Assembly (NCBI RefSeq): GCF_036321535.1
Contig: NC_087447.1
Location: forward strand, 41,480,001-41,544,000
Length of the DNA stretch: 64,000 nt
Direction of reading: 5' to 3'
Origin: Camelus dromedarius
Taxonomy: Eukaryota
Each line of letters begins with the position of its first letter. Within the stretch, counting starts at the first letter, position 1. Below are positions 1-11,796 of the stretch, piece after piece. A program made the translations under genes and the position numbers. The notes under the pieces were generated by a model, which had not been told where the DNA came from, did not search any database, and was given only the letters and a program-made list of their open reading frames with translations.

Positions 1-1007
1 AGCCAGTCTAGCCCCGAGAGCTGTTGTCTTTGATATCAGGCAATCCATTCATTCCTAAGTCCCTTACATGCACAGTTGTCTACAGGCACCTGCACTCAAA
101 TGTGATTCCCCCACCATGAAATTTTGGCATCGTCTAAAGTCAACAAGCAAAGTCTGAAGTTATTAAAAGCCCCATGTCCCCCTTGTGCATTTTAAAACTA
201 CTGGACTGACCCCAGCAGCTGACCCCTTATTTAAGAGGTTCCACATCAAACACTAGAGTCTTGTCTGAATCTCACCTCTGTGATAATAAGACATAGTAAT
301 AAGACATAGTAATGTAACCTGTTGTAACCATTACTTTCTGGAGGATCAGCTTAAATGAATTTTGGGTGAATCAACCCAGTATCTTAACCATATTCAAGCA
401 GAGAACACAGTCCTCTGGCATTCATGTAATACATTGAACAAGTGAACTCATCAGGTCCAACGGAACACTTTTGTCTTTTTTCCCACTATCAGTTCAAACC
501 TGCTCTTTGGGGTTAAGATGATATTAGGCAAATTCCTTTACTTTTCCAATAACTCTCAGAAAATAAAAGTCCTCTGGTCAAGTTTCAGTCCCAAGAATAA
601 CCTCATTTCAGTAATTAAGATGGCCAGTTCCCTGAAATAGTCAAAAGCCTGAAGTTAAAAAGTTCAACCTTCTCTCTGCCCCCCCATCTCCCCCTTCTCA
701 CCCCCTCCCCCCAGCTCCACTGTGCTTCAGGAAGGAAGCCTGCAGCGAGGACAGAGCAGGTTTCTTGCTCTCCTCTGCACTTACACTCCCACCTTCCACC
801 CCAGCTTGGCTAAGGCAGTGCCTGAACCCTCCAGGGTTAACGTGGGAAAAGGGAATGGAGATTAAGGATAGGAAAGATATTACTTGGCTGGTCTTATTGT
901 GAGCGGGCTCCAGGACTTGGCAAGGATTTAAGGCTGACTTTGATTTTGTTGAGTGCCGTGCTTTATGGGACCTTCAGAGAAACCCACCCCCATCCCCCTC
1001 TCCAGTG

Positions 1008-1010
<3 letters not shown>

Positions 1011-1091
<81 letters not shown>
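1011..1091. repeat. (AC)~40 microsatellite, IRAG1 last intron
   Basis: Perfect dinucleotide run. Confidence 0.99.
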
Positions 1092-1094
<3 letters not shown>

Positions 1095-2289
1095 TCACAT
1101 CATTGCTGAGGCTCTCTCAACTGCAGGTCCCTTTATGAGGTCGAATGCACCTCTCCTGGCTGGCTACTTTAAGTCCCTCTCTCAATCCTTGGGCAGCTGG
1201 AAGTATATCTTGCTCAGCCCTAGGCAGCATTTCCAGGCAGGGTCTGTGACACCCCACGCCAGCTCTCCCTGTCCTGACTACATCCAGTTAAGGTGAAATA
1301 TGTGCCTTTGACCCACTAGTGGTGGGAAGATGGTTTTTCCCTACCATGACCCCCTGCTCTGATGCCACCAAACAGTTCAGCAAGATTCTCACTCTCCAGG
1401 TCTCTCTGGTGAGAGTCATGCACCAGTCCACTGTGCCCCCAGACTGCGACACATTGAGCTCCCCCAGCAGCATCCCTAAAGCCCCTTTCTAGCCCCAGGT
1501 GTGTGTGGTGGTGGGGGGGGGTAACCTCATCCCTCTCAATGGAGGAGTAGGTAGAATTCAGAACCACCAAAAACTGATTTCCAAAGTAATTCTGTTTCTC
1601 ATCTAATACCATTCCTAACCTCCCTTATAGGCTAGAAATGGGTGACCAGCTAAGGGTCATGAAGCAGATCTTGCCCTCCTCCTTGGCAGCCCTACTTCCC
1701 CATTCCTGGCAGCTTGTTTTGAAGCACAGAAATACAGCCCCAAAGAAAGACAGTTGTACCTAAATAGAATCTAAATAGGGCTGAAAGAAAATAAGCTTCC
1801 ATCTCCAAATTCTCCCTCCCCAACAGTTGTGAAAACAGCCAGTGATCTGCATCTCATCTCGTGGGCTCGCTGTTTTGCTTTACTTAGTTGTTCCTGAAAC
1901 AATCCTCAGAGCGTTCCCACGTGGAAAAGAAACCAGCCAGTGCCGTGGTATCCAAGGCAGGCATCCTGAGCGTGTGATCCCTTTCTATGGAGATTGTTGA
2001 GTCTGTCTACCTATCTAAGGCATCTAGCTCTGAATCAGAGCTACTTCTCAGCAGCTGGCCTGTATCTTTCAGTGTCTGTGTGAGCCTCAGCATCTTCAGA
2101 AAGCCCTCCTGTCGCTTTTCTCATCTCCATTTGGCGATTCTCAGTATTCTCATTTTTACATTATTTTTAATAAATAGATCTGGGACTAGAAACAGGAAGA
2201 GATTCTAACTTAAGGAACGGACCCAGAGCTTCTCCGGAGAGCTCTATGAATGGCTCTTCAAAGTGGGGCATCTGACATGTCTTCTCACT

Positions 2290-2425
2290 AGACACACACA
2301 GAAGAGGGGGAGAGTTGAGAGGCGGTTGGGAAGAGAGGAAGAGGGGGAGGAGAGAAAAGAGGGAGTTGAGGGGAGAGAGAGAAGAGTGTGGAGAGAGCAG
2401 AGAAAGAGGATGAGGGGGAATTAGG
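2290..2425. repeat. GA-rich low-complexity tract
   Basis: Almost purine-only on the + strand. Confidence 0.8.
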
Positions 2426-2865
2426 GAATGAGGTTGATAGGGCTGAGAAAACGTGTTGAATAAGTCACCCAGAGTTTGCTGGAGGCTCCTAGTCCTCTGA
2501 ATGCCCCTGGAATAGTTTGCAGTGAGCTGTTGAGGTTGATCCGGTTTCTTGTCATTTATTACTCGACACCAAGAGTCTTCTAGGAGTTTGTCACAGTCCT
2601 TCCACTCTGGACGCAGTCACGTGTGGAACTGAGGACAACAGATTACGCATCTGAGCATGGAGGCGGGGGCAGGTTAGCACCGGGGACTGATCACTACTAG
2701 TGCTAAGCGCAGGAAAGATGCTGGTGCTGTCTGGATGCCTGGGAGCAGGGGGTCAGCCGGCCTGGTATCTTGGGGCTTGGGAGAGTTTAGATATTAATGA
2801 CTGTCTCATGAGTAGATGAGGGCCTCTGTGAATGGATGAATGATCACACAAATAGAGTGTTCTAG

Positions 2866-2950
2866 ACCAGTGGCTCTCAATATAAAGGCTATGGGCTTCT
2901 GGCATCAGAATCACCTGGGGAAAATTTGTAAACTATAGATTGTTAGACCA
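2866..2950. mobile_element. MER5-like hAT-Charlie fragment
   Basis: cagtggctctcaa...catcagaatcacctggg motif recalled from MER5A. Confidence 0.55.
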
Positions 2951-3151
2951 TTCTTTTGGAACTTCTTATTAAGTAGTCCTAGGGTATTTTGAATAAATTG
3001 CTGTCAAGCCACTCGCTGCACAGCTGAGTTTGAACCACAGGTCAGGACAGCATGTAAGGTACCCAGATGGAAGTGTGGGTCTGGGCATCATATATGTGCC
3101 CAGTAAACTAAACCCTCCACCCTTTTTTTTTTTTTCTTTTTCATTTGACAG

Positions 3152-3395
3152 CAAACTTGAAGAATTGGTTCATTTCTTACAAGTCATGTATCCCAAACTG
3201 TGTCAGCACTGGCAAGTCATCTGGATGATGGCCGCCGCCATGCTGGTCTTGACTGTCGTGCTGGGGCTCTACAGTTCCTATAACTCTTGTGTGGAGCAGG
3301 CTGACGGGCCCCTGGGGAAATCCTCTTGCTCAGCCGCCCAAAGGGACTCCTGGTGGAGCTCGGGACTCCAGCATGAGCAGCCTACAGAGCAGTAG
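3152..3395 (+). CDS. IRAG1: IRAG1/MRVI1 terminal coding exon (transmembrane anchor and luminal tail); upstream exons not found in the window
   Basis: Poly-pyrimidine tract and AG at 3150-3151; translation [40 protein letters not shown]...[14 protein letters not shown] matches the recalled IRAG1 C-terminus; TAG 3393-3395; synteny with LYVE1 and RNF141. Confidence 0.95.
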
Positions 3396-3975
3396 GAAAC
3401 CCAACACCCGGCTGGTGCCCTGCTCCACACAGCCTACTGCCCTTTCCCCAAGCATGATGTGTCAGGCCCACCGCTGCTGTCAGGGAAGAGCGGGGGCTCT
3501 TTCAGACTCGGCACCCCTGTGGGCGCTATTCATACACAGTAAGCAGTGTTCTTAGAAGATCAACAGAACTGCTCTGGGAAAGCATCCGTGGACAAAGAAG
3601 TGGCCTTCACCGGGGAACTCCAATGGAAGGGAAGGTTGCTCAGATGGCTGGGGAGAAACAAAACACCTTCCCTACAGTGGACAGTGCGAAGCTCACTCTC
3701 CCCCTTTTTCTTCTCTGCGGTCAGAAATCAGGAAGAATTGTGCCTAAAGGCTCACTCTGACCCCGAGGATCAGACCTGGAATTTGGAGTCACAACATGAA
3801 TATCTTCCCATTTCCCATCTCATTCTTACTGACTCTCCTTCAGCCTCCCCTCATCCCCTTTGGAATCGGAGTTTCTCTTTACAGAAGTCGGAAAAGTTTC
3901 TCAAAAAAATCATTAGGCTGACTTTAGCTCAGTGCTCGAAATGAAATGGGAAGATGTAAATTGACATATGCCTCT

Positions 3976-3977
<2 letters not shown>

Positions 3978-4024
<47 letters not shown>
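3978..4024. repeat. (AC)~23 microsatellite in IRAG1 3'UTR
   Basis: Perfect dinucleotide run. Confidence 0.98.
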
Positions 4025-4025
<1 letters not shown>

Positions 4026-4614
4026 CATGCACGTGCATGAAGCCAACTACCCTCCAAACGTGTGTTCTGGGTGTGCGTTGGGGATAAAGCCAAACCCCAG
4101 ATTTTCACTAGGTGTGGTGCAAACACCAGGCACCTGTTCACGAGCTCTCCACGTGGACTTAAGATGTTTGAAAAACACTGAATACTCCTGACTTCCATAG
4201 CAAACTTGCTGGTCTCCATTTCAAGTGGTGATTCTAAGCTGCTGTACAGCATGGTCTGTCCCCTCTTTGCTCTCTCCCCAGTTGAGAGCAGTTAACCCGC
4301 CCTTCAGGGGAAGGAGGAGACAGGGTGTGCTTTCAGCTGCGCTGTGCCCAGATGCAGGTGTGCAGCTCCAGCTCAGCACTCCAGTTCCAGTGGAATTCCC
4401 AACCCAAGTGTATGTGTCAGAGCACTCTCCTTGTTCAGCAGAAAACTGAGAGCACGTCCCACCTCCAGTCTGACTTCTCGCTCCACCTTTACAGTCACTG
4501 CCTTCCTTCATGCCTCGTCATTTCCAGGGGTGTGGCTTCTGTGCGGGTTTCATAGAGATGGCTTTGCTTTTGTTTCTGTTTTGCGGTGGACGTTCATCTC
4601 TGTTGCTGACACTC

Positions 4615-4915
4615 ATAGAATTTATTTGAGCCAAGTGCTGTTCTAGGTATTATGTAGGTGTTCATCCACTGAGTCCTCAAGAAAAAGAAAAAACTATGAC
4701 TCTTCCCATTTTCAGATAAGGAAACTGAAGCACAAAATCACAAGTAATTTGCCAAGGACACCCAGTTAGTAAATCATGGGGCTAGGAGTCAAAAGCAGGC
4801 ATGCTGGCCCAGGGGCTGTGCTCTCAACCCCTCCACTATTTTTTTTTAAATTGAAGTATAATTGGTTTACAATGGTGAGTTAATTTCTGGTGTACTCAAC
4901 CCGAACTAAACTGCC
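4615..4915. mobile_element. MIR SINE interrupted by a tiny L1 3'-end fragment (~4838-4895)
   Basis: MIR core cccattttcagataaggaaactgaagcaca...ttgccaaggacacccag; poly-T plus ttgaagtataattggtttacaat L1 tail; ctcaaccc repeated on both sides. Confidence 0.65.
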
Positions 4916-6540
4916 TTGTCCAAAGGTCTCCTAGCTGGACGTCTTCCATTTCAGCCCCATTCCCCCAAGTGGCCCTTCAGCCACTCCAAGCCATTTCTGG
5001 TTCCCAAACTAAATTGTTTTTGCTCAGTAGTTTTTCTTCTGCTGCACCCCCTTCTTCTGGTTACTCTTCCGGACCAAGTACAAACATCATCCCCTTCATA
5101 GAGCTTTGATGGCCTCCTTCCAGCTCCCCACCATGCCCCTCATAATAGGTCACACCCTTCTCTGTGCTTTCTGGCACTTTTTAAACATCTTCATTACTAC
5201 TACTAGTGACCATTACCAGAGTGTATCATATTAACTTATTTATGTGTCTGTCTTCCCTAGCATTCTTCCTCAAAGACAAGAACCATGTCTTACCCATTCT
5301 CTGGGTAAGTGCCCAGCATGGTGGCTGCTGCTTGGGAGGGTGTCATTAAATGTTGGTCAAAAGAACAAGTGAGCATTCAAGGTGGTGGAGAGCAGGTTGG
5401 GAACAGCTGACATTTTGCATGTTTCCCAGCACCATTACCACCACCATCTCAACAAGAAAAATAACATCTTTATGAGCCTCAACTTATTCTGATATTTTTC
5501 AGTCTGCTTTGTGACCCAACCAGCAACACCACTTCCAAGCTCAAGGGCTGGGTTTGATGTAACCACTCCTTTCAGAAAGGCCCACCTAGACCAGGCTCCA
5601 CTGTAAGACAACATGTTGTTGTAAGGAGGGATATCCTTTCCAGGGGATGGAAAACCGCTGTGAGAGGACCCCACGCCAGGGTTGACCAAGGATGTGCTAT
5701 TAAGGTAAAGAGGTGCAGATCAAGGCAGACAGACTTTGGCAGCATGGGGGGATGGTTTGCCCTGCCTCTTCCAGGGGGACCAGACACACTGAAGGAGCTT
5801 TAGGCCCTCAGAGCCAAAGAGAGGATGCAAATGGAGCTCCAGAGAAGATGGCTGTAGGGCAAGATTCTAGGCTGGGAGTGTCCAATCTCAGCCTCCCTTG
5901 CAGAAAGACCAGACTGAGCTGGCCCATTGTCCAGCTGGCCACAAGCTTCCCACCTTTGTTTCCAGTTGAGACAAAGGCCAAGAGAGGAGCTGCAGTGAGC
6001 TCTTGAACCTCCAGCTGCTCCACAGAAAGGCCTGCATGACTGCTTCCATTCAGCCAAACTGCTCTGTGAGTAAGGGAGGTTGAGGACAAGAGGGAGCAAA
6101 AGAGTAACCACATTTTCAAGGGCATTTCTGAAAAAGGGCTCATCGGTATCTCTTTTCTGAAAAGCAAAGATGGACCTGAAGCAGTTGGAACTGTTGCCGA
6201 AGCAGCAGTGAAATGGAGAGGAACAGGCCCTGTACTTCCAATAGTGGTATTGATCAGAAATAAAAGTTCCCTTCAAAATGCCTCTGAAGTCTAACGTCTC
6301 TGCTTAGGACCCTAGGACTCTGTGTTGTTGATGTCATTCTTGATGTCACCTCCTAAAAGGACCTTCACTTTCCGGCTGCCACAAAGCCCACCTGTGTCAC
6401 TCCCCATGTACAGCCTGGCTGAGTAAGTGAAGAGAGAGATGCTGGACTTGTGTATCACTGGCTGTCAGTTCCTAATGTTGTTAAACTTCACACAGGTGTG
6501 CTAGCATTGAAATATAGAGTGTCACATACCTGAGTTTGAA

Positions 6541-6546
6541 AATAAA
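6541..6546 (+). terminator. Candidate IRAG1 polyadenylation signal
   Basis: AATAAA in tttgaaAATAAAagcacatttcc, just before repeat-rich DNA begins. Confidence 0.6.
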
Positions 6547-6803
6547 AGCACATTTCCAAATCTTTGGCAGCAGCCAAATGCCTCCTCATTTTGTGGAGCT
6601 GAGCCCCAACCTTGCCCCAACTCTGAGTGAGAATCTACCTCCGGATAATAGTGCCTCCCCGACGTCCCCAGCCCTTGGGTCACTGCACTGCAGGCTCTCT
6701 CCCAGGGGGTCAGTCATTTCCTCTCCTTCTCTTCTCTGTTCCTGATCCTAGTTTCTTGTATCATCCTGGCCTATTTTTTTTTTTTAATTAATACACTTTA
6801 CTT

Positions 6804-9472
6804 TGATGGAGACTGCTGAGTTTTCACCAACCTGATTTCTACAGCTAAACTGTATTTTTCAGTCTTTTCTTGCAGCAAGGTGCAGGGAAATGTGGACTTT
6901 CTAGATCTGGTTTGCTAAACAGACTTTTCTGCCCAGTACTTCACAACTTCTTTATTCTCCTCTCTGCCTACCAAATTCAGAGGGGATCTGAAGACCTGAG
7001 ACCCAAGAAGATGGCAGGACCACTGGGTGGAGGCTGAGCCTTTGAACGGGCGCTCACAGAATTCATCTGTGATATGAGCAAGAAATTAAATTTTAATGTA
7101 TTCAGGAATATTTAGTGAAATTCAGAAATGTTTGTCATAACAGCATACCCTGATTAATTCAGACACTTGAACTAGAAATGACATAACAAAATTTCAAAAT
7201 ACAAGACACTGACTTAGCAGTCAAATGACAAGAAACCTGGTATCAGGGGCTGGAAATATGGTGACCCATGCTGTGAAGAAAACAAAAATATTTGGTAAAG
7301 TCTAACCCATGATAACTTGAAAGGCAGTCCATGGGCAGCCTATAGCTCTAGGAGGAGTGGCTGGAAAGCATCAGAGTGTTGGAGTATGTGAACTTATATT
7401 GGCTGCCTTTGGCAAGGTATTGCAAGAAAAAGAAGTACTCAGGAAAGAACTGGCTATTTGTAAACAGAAAGAAAAAAGCATCTAGAATGCTTAGATTGAA
7501 GAGTTAGAAAACCTGACTGCTTCTAAGTCTCAAAGAGACTGAAAAAGAGCTTTGAGTGAAAAAGAACCAAAAGCATTTTTTCAGTTGAACCCAGATCAGC
7601 TCATCCCTATGGTAAAGGCCTGATTAGGGATACAGCCCTGCCATCTGTGTGTTTCTAATGAACTCAGGGTAGCCTCCATTAAATTAGAAGGGAGGCCATA
7701 GGGCTGAGAAAACAAAAAGAGAAACATATCTTGAGACTTGCGACTGGGAAAGGATTTGGGGTTAAGATTATTGGCACATGGAATCAAATGGAAGCTAGTA
7801 GATCAGAGACCTAAGTTGTGAGGGAATTGTATTTACAAAGAAATACAAGCCAGGACTAAAAACTCCTTTGAATGTTAAGTTAGAAAACAGCCTTGGGGAT
7901 TCTAAGCTTACATCAGCAGAAAGCACATTGTACAGGCTGTGTTACCCCGATGAGGCCATCCTCCGTGGTGGCCACTACACATGTGGCCAAGGAAGACTAT
8001 ATCCAGTGAAGGGCCACAGAGAACAGTGGACGTGGGACAGAGGAGTTTCTCCTAGAAAGCAGAATCTGGACCTAATTGAAGGTAGGTGACTGTGGTCTGC
8101 AGAATTTCTGAAATGCCTCCCCTCAAGATGCCTCCCCCAATCCCTGGGATTTTTGAACATGAGATATCACTCCTGTTATGTTACATGGTACAGCTGATCT
8201 CAAATAGGGAGACCATCTGGGTGGGCCCAGTGCAACCGCGTGAGCTCTTAAAAGCAGAGAGCTTTCCCTGGCTAATGGAGGACGTAGAATTCAGAGAGCT
8301 GAGAGGTGTTTGAAGGACTCCAAAGGTCACTGCTACTTTGGAAATGGAGTGAGCCACATGAGGAGAAATGCAGACATCCTTATAGGAGCAGAGAGTGGAC
8401 CCCAGCTGACAGCCAGCAAGGAAATGGGGACCTCATTCCTAAAACCTCAAGGAAATGAATTCTGCCACCCACCTGAATAAGCATGGACATGGATTCCCCA
8501 GAGCTTCCAGGTGAGTACCCAGCCCACCCGGGACCTTGATTTCAGTCTTGTGAGACCCAGAGCAGAGGACCTAGCTGAGCCCACCCAGACTTCTGACCCA
8601 CAGAACTGTGAGATCATAAGTGGGTGCTGGTTTAAGTCACTGGGTCTGTGGTGATTTGTTACACAGCAATAGAAAACTGATAGAGCGGTCTTTATAATGT
8701 CTCTCCACCGGCATTCCAGAACTGCTGTGACTGGGTGACTGCTGTGTCTCCCACCCCTCTCCTTTACACGTGGGAGTTTTTACTGAGGTTACTCAGATCC
8801 TGCTGCACCATTACATTTAGGGGGCAGCATATAACTTTTTTAGTTCATAGATGACCAGACCACAGAGTGCCACAGCTGGACCATTTGGAGAAGACTGAGC
8901 ATAGTTAGAGATCATGGATTTTGAGCTAGATTGGACCTTGAGTTGTCTCCCTTGAGAAGAGAGTGACTGTATTCTGTGGGTGGGAACAGCGAACCCTACA
9001 CTGGGTGAGCTGAGGGTAAACTGTGGCAGGGACTGCTGTGTGTTCACCAAATCGTTTTTCCCCTGGCTTGTGGGCACACACCTGGATTACATTTCCCAGA
9101 CTCCTTTGCAGTTAGACAGGAGCAAGTGACAACATTCTGGCCAATGAGATATGCTTGAAGTGATATAGCCACTTCACAGGCTTGGCCCTGGAAGCAGTTT
9201 CCATCCAGCACAATCCTCCGCACTCCCCTCCTTTAGTTGCTGGTTGAGTGCAGGGGAGGGTGGTTTGAGGAACTAGGTGATGGTAGCACTACAGTCTCTG
9301 AATAACTGTGTGTGGCAAAATCCCCCACTCCTACACACACAATCCACCCCCCCCCCACCACCACCACTGTCAGCCATTGGATTGTAACATGAGAGAAATA
9401 AACCTTAATTTTGTTAAGGCATTGAGATTTGGGGTTGTTTGTTGTAGCAGTTAGGCTACACTGACTAATACA
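6804..9472 (+). mobile_element. Degenerate MaLR (MLT1-family) element: LTR ~6804-7161, internal region, LTR ~9022-9472
   Basis: Both LTRs begin TG..ggNgactgct and end in MLT1-like tails (tttgt..cagc...ctgaNtaatNca); AATAAA in the right LTR; MaLR-internal-like sequence between. Confidence 0.6.
8091..8684 (+). mobile_element. MLT1 solo LTR nested in the MaLR internal region
   Basis: Starts tgtggtctgcagaat; MLT1 motifs cagctgacagccagcaaggaaatggggacctca and ttctgacccacagaactgtgaga; ends tttgttacacagcaatagaaaactgataga. Confidence 0.8.
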
Positions 9473-11298
9473 TTTGCCATTCTGCATATTTTAGAAAATA
9501 ACTAATCCCTGTAATATGAGTACCCCAGAATTATCCTGCTATGGTACTTCTACGTTCACACAATTCAGCTCCCTTATTTGACAGGTGATAAAACGGAGGC
9601 CCAGAGAAGGTTAAGTGACTTGCTCAAGATCACACAGATAATTAGTGTTCAAACTTACACTAAAATTTAGATATTACCCTCAGTCCAGGACTGTGGGTTG
9701 TACCACATTTCCTTCTTTCATGCCACATTTCAATGTTATACTCTATTTAAATTTTTACTTGTGTATGTGAGACTAACTATCACTTCCACTCCTGTGTTTC
9801 ATATCCAGGGAACAGGAAAACTGGCCTGGATATTCCATGTTTCCTGCTCTCCTTTGAAACTTGCTGTTCTCTTCATTTTCATTTAACATTTCAAATTTCC
9901 CTTCTAATTCTACAACTTCTAAAATTATTGGTTCTCCCTGATTATTGCATGAGCTGTCATTTTACAAGTGGACAGTGGTGCTGGTTCTTTTTCCACATCC
10001 TGAACACAGATTATCTGGCAATATTTTGTTCATAGCTCTCCACTTTAGCTTTGAGCTCTTGGCAAAGAACTCTTCAGAAACTCATCTTGAAGGAGATAGG
10101 CATATTCACACCTAACAAGAGAGGCAGCAAGTTCCTAGCAAGCATTTTCGGTAACATTCCCGTGGGGGCTTAACTTCTCTCAATATGGATATCCAAAAAA
10201 ATAAGATTGTTTCCTCTTCCAAAAGCTCATTATTAATCACCAGCCCAGTCAGGCAGACTCTCTTTCTCTAATAATTTCCCTTCTAAGATTTTGTTTCCAG
10301 AATGTAGGTCAGTCATCTCACTTCTCATAAGCTATTTCTCCCATCCAAAGCCTTGCCTGTCACGTCTCATTTTTTCCCCTTCCTGTCTTCTTTCTTTTCC
10401 TAAGACTTCAGCAAATGCTGGAAGGCCAAACCCCTGCCAGCTGTGATGTTAGGCTTTAAGGATGACGGTGAAGGGGACAGGGTCCTGCTTGCCGGTCTGC
10501 CTGTTTCCACGGTGATAGAGCCATGTATGTTTCTGAGGTCCCCAGAGTCCAAGTCTTGTGCTCACCCTAGTAATGAAGTCTGAACTAGAGGTATCTAAGG
10601 GATGTTCCCCTGTTCTCTTAGAAGTTCTTATTATTGGTATTTTCCACATCAATGTCTAATTTGATGACCAATACCATTTGTTCAGAAAAGAACTAGTTAT
10701 CCATACACTATTCCTATAAGTGATATTCTTTTTGGAGAAAACTAAGAAACCTTTGCTCAAGGCATTCCTCTCAAACCAGAATTCCAGAATTACCATGGAG
10801 GCCAAACCACTGAAACTCCAGCTGGGAAAGCAGAGAATACTTGTACATAGTGGAGATAAATCTCACATTCATCAAACAAGAAAGGGGAAGTCTAAATGGA
10901 GTTTGGGGCTACCAGGATATAAGAGAAGTTATTAAAGGGAGAGTTACTATATAAAGGACCCCTGTAGTGATGACTATTACAAGGTATAAAATGACTAATT
11001 TTATAAATAGCCCCCCAAGTTGTGTTTTATAAATGTGAATTTTTATGTGGCTGGTTTCTTTGAAGAAGGGATCACCTATAGTGGTGTAGAAATTTCAGAT
11101 GTATGAAAAAGTCCTGGAGGGAAGCATGAGGACTCTGTCCTTTGTATTTAAATAATCATTTGCTCTCTTGAACCTCAGCATCATTCTCCCACAGATCATA
11201 AGGATACGCAGTTAAAAAAAAAAAACCCACTGATTGTGGGAGGGAAAGAAGCACAATCCATGCTCAACCTCCTTTAGAGACAGAGACACCCCTAGGAA

Positions 11299-11580
11299 TA
11301 TATAAATGAGCGAGCTCCAGCGTCGGTAACGATGAACCTTGTGAGAACTGAGCTGGTGGGGGAGGTGGGCGGTGGCAGGGAATATGAGAATTGGGGAAAC
11401 CTTCAGCAGTTCACATTGTACTATCTGCCTTCCTCCTCTGTGTGTTTTCTGAGTCAGCATTAGCTAAATTTTCCAGAAAGCTGTCCACAAAGTACAGCCT
11501 GAGCATTCAAGGGACGTCACTCATTTCCCCTAGTGACCTTGACAAGTCAGAAGCTTGGTAGCAGGGAAATCCGGATGTCT
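11299..11580 (+). promoter_or_regulatory. LYVE1: LYVE1 proximal promoter / 5'UTR region
   Basis: TATATAAA 11299-11306; TGAGTCAGCA (AP-1/Maf-type) 11450-11459; GGGAAATCC overlapping CCGGATGT 11564-11578; directly upstream of the ATG. Confidence 0.55.
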
Positions 11581-11711
11581 CAGTCATGAACTGGAGCAGT
11601 AGGGGGGGCCCACATATTTCCAGAAGTCTCCATCCAGACTGGTGATTATCTGCTTCTGTTCCTGCCAGTGCCCATTGGAGGTGCTTCTCTGGCTCTGAAG
11701 GGGCTGGCATG

Positions 11712-11796
11712 ATGGCCAAGTACTTCAGCCTGGTGTTGCTTCTTGCCTCCATCTGGACCACAAGGCTCTTGGTCCAAGGCTCCCTCCACGCAGAAG
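11712..11796 (+). CDS. LYVE1: LYVE1 exon 1 (signal peptide)
   Basis: [28 protein letters not shown], then G|GTAGGT donor; extra in-frame ATG at 11709; 85 nt. Confidence 0.93.

Larger units (their letters stand above)
3396..6560 (+). other. IRAG1: Probable IRAG1 3'UTR (~3.1 kb)
   Basis: Follows the stop codon; AATAAA at 6541-6546 (another near 6258). End is inferred. Confidence 0.65.

Noticed and set aside
284..313. 13-bp tandem duplication taataagacatag x2
   Set aside because: Ordinary slippage event with no sign of function.
940..1296. ORFs with HT/CV repeats (also 3929-4252, 3946-4191, 21634-21915)
   Set aside because: Open frames created by (AC)n/(TG)n microsatellites.
2290..2425. GA-rich stretch as the Glu-rich penultimate IRAG1 exon
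   Set aside because: No matching translation or suitable splice sites; low complexity only.
5435..6276. Cluster of 70-158 aa ORFs on both strands
   Set aside because: Inside the probable IRAG1 3'UTR; no recognisable domain; mostly non-ATG starts.
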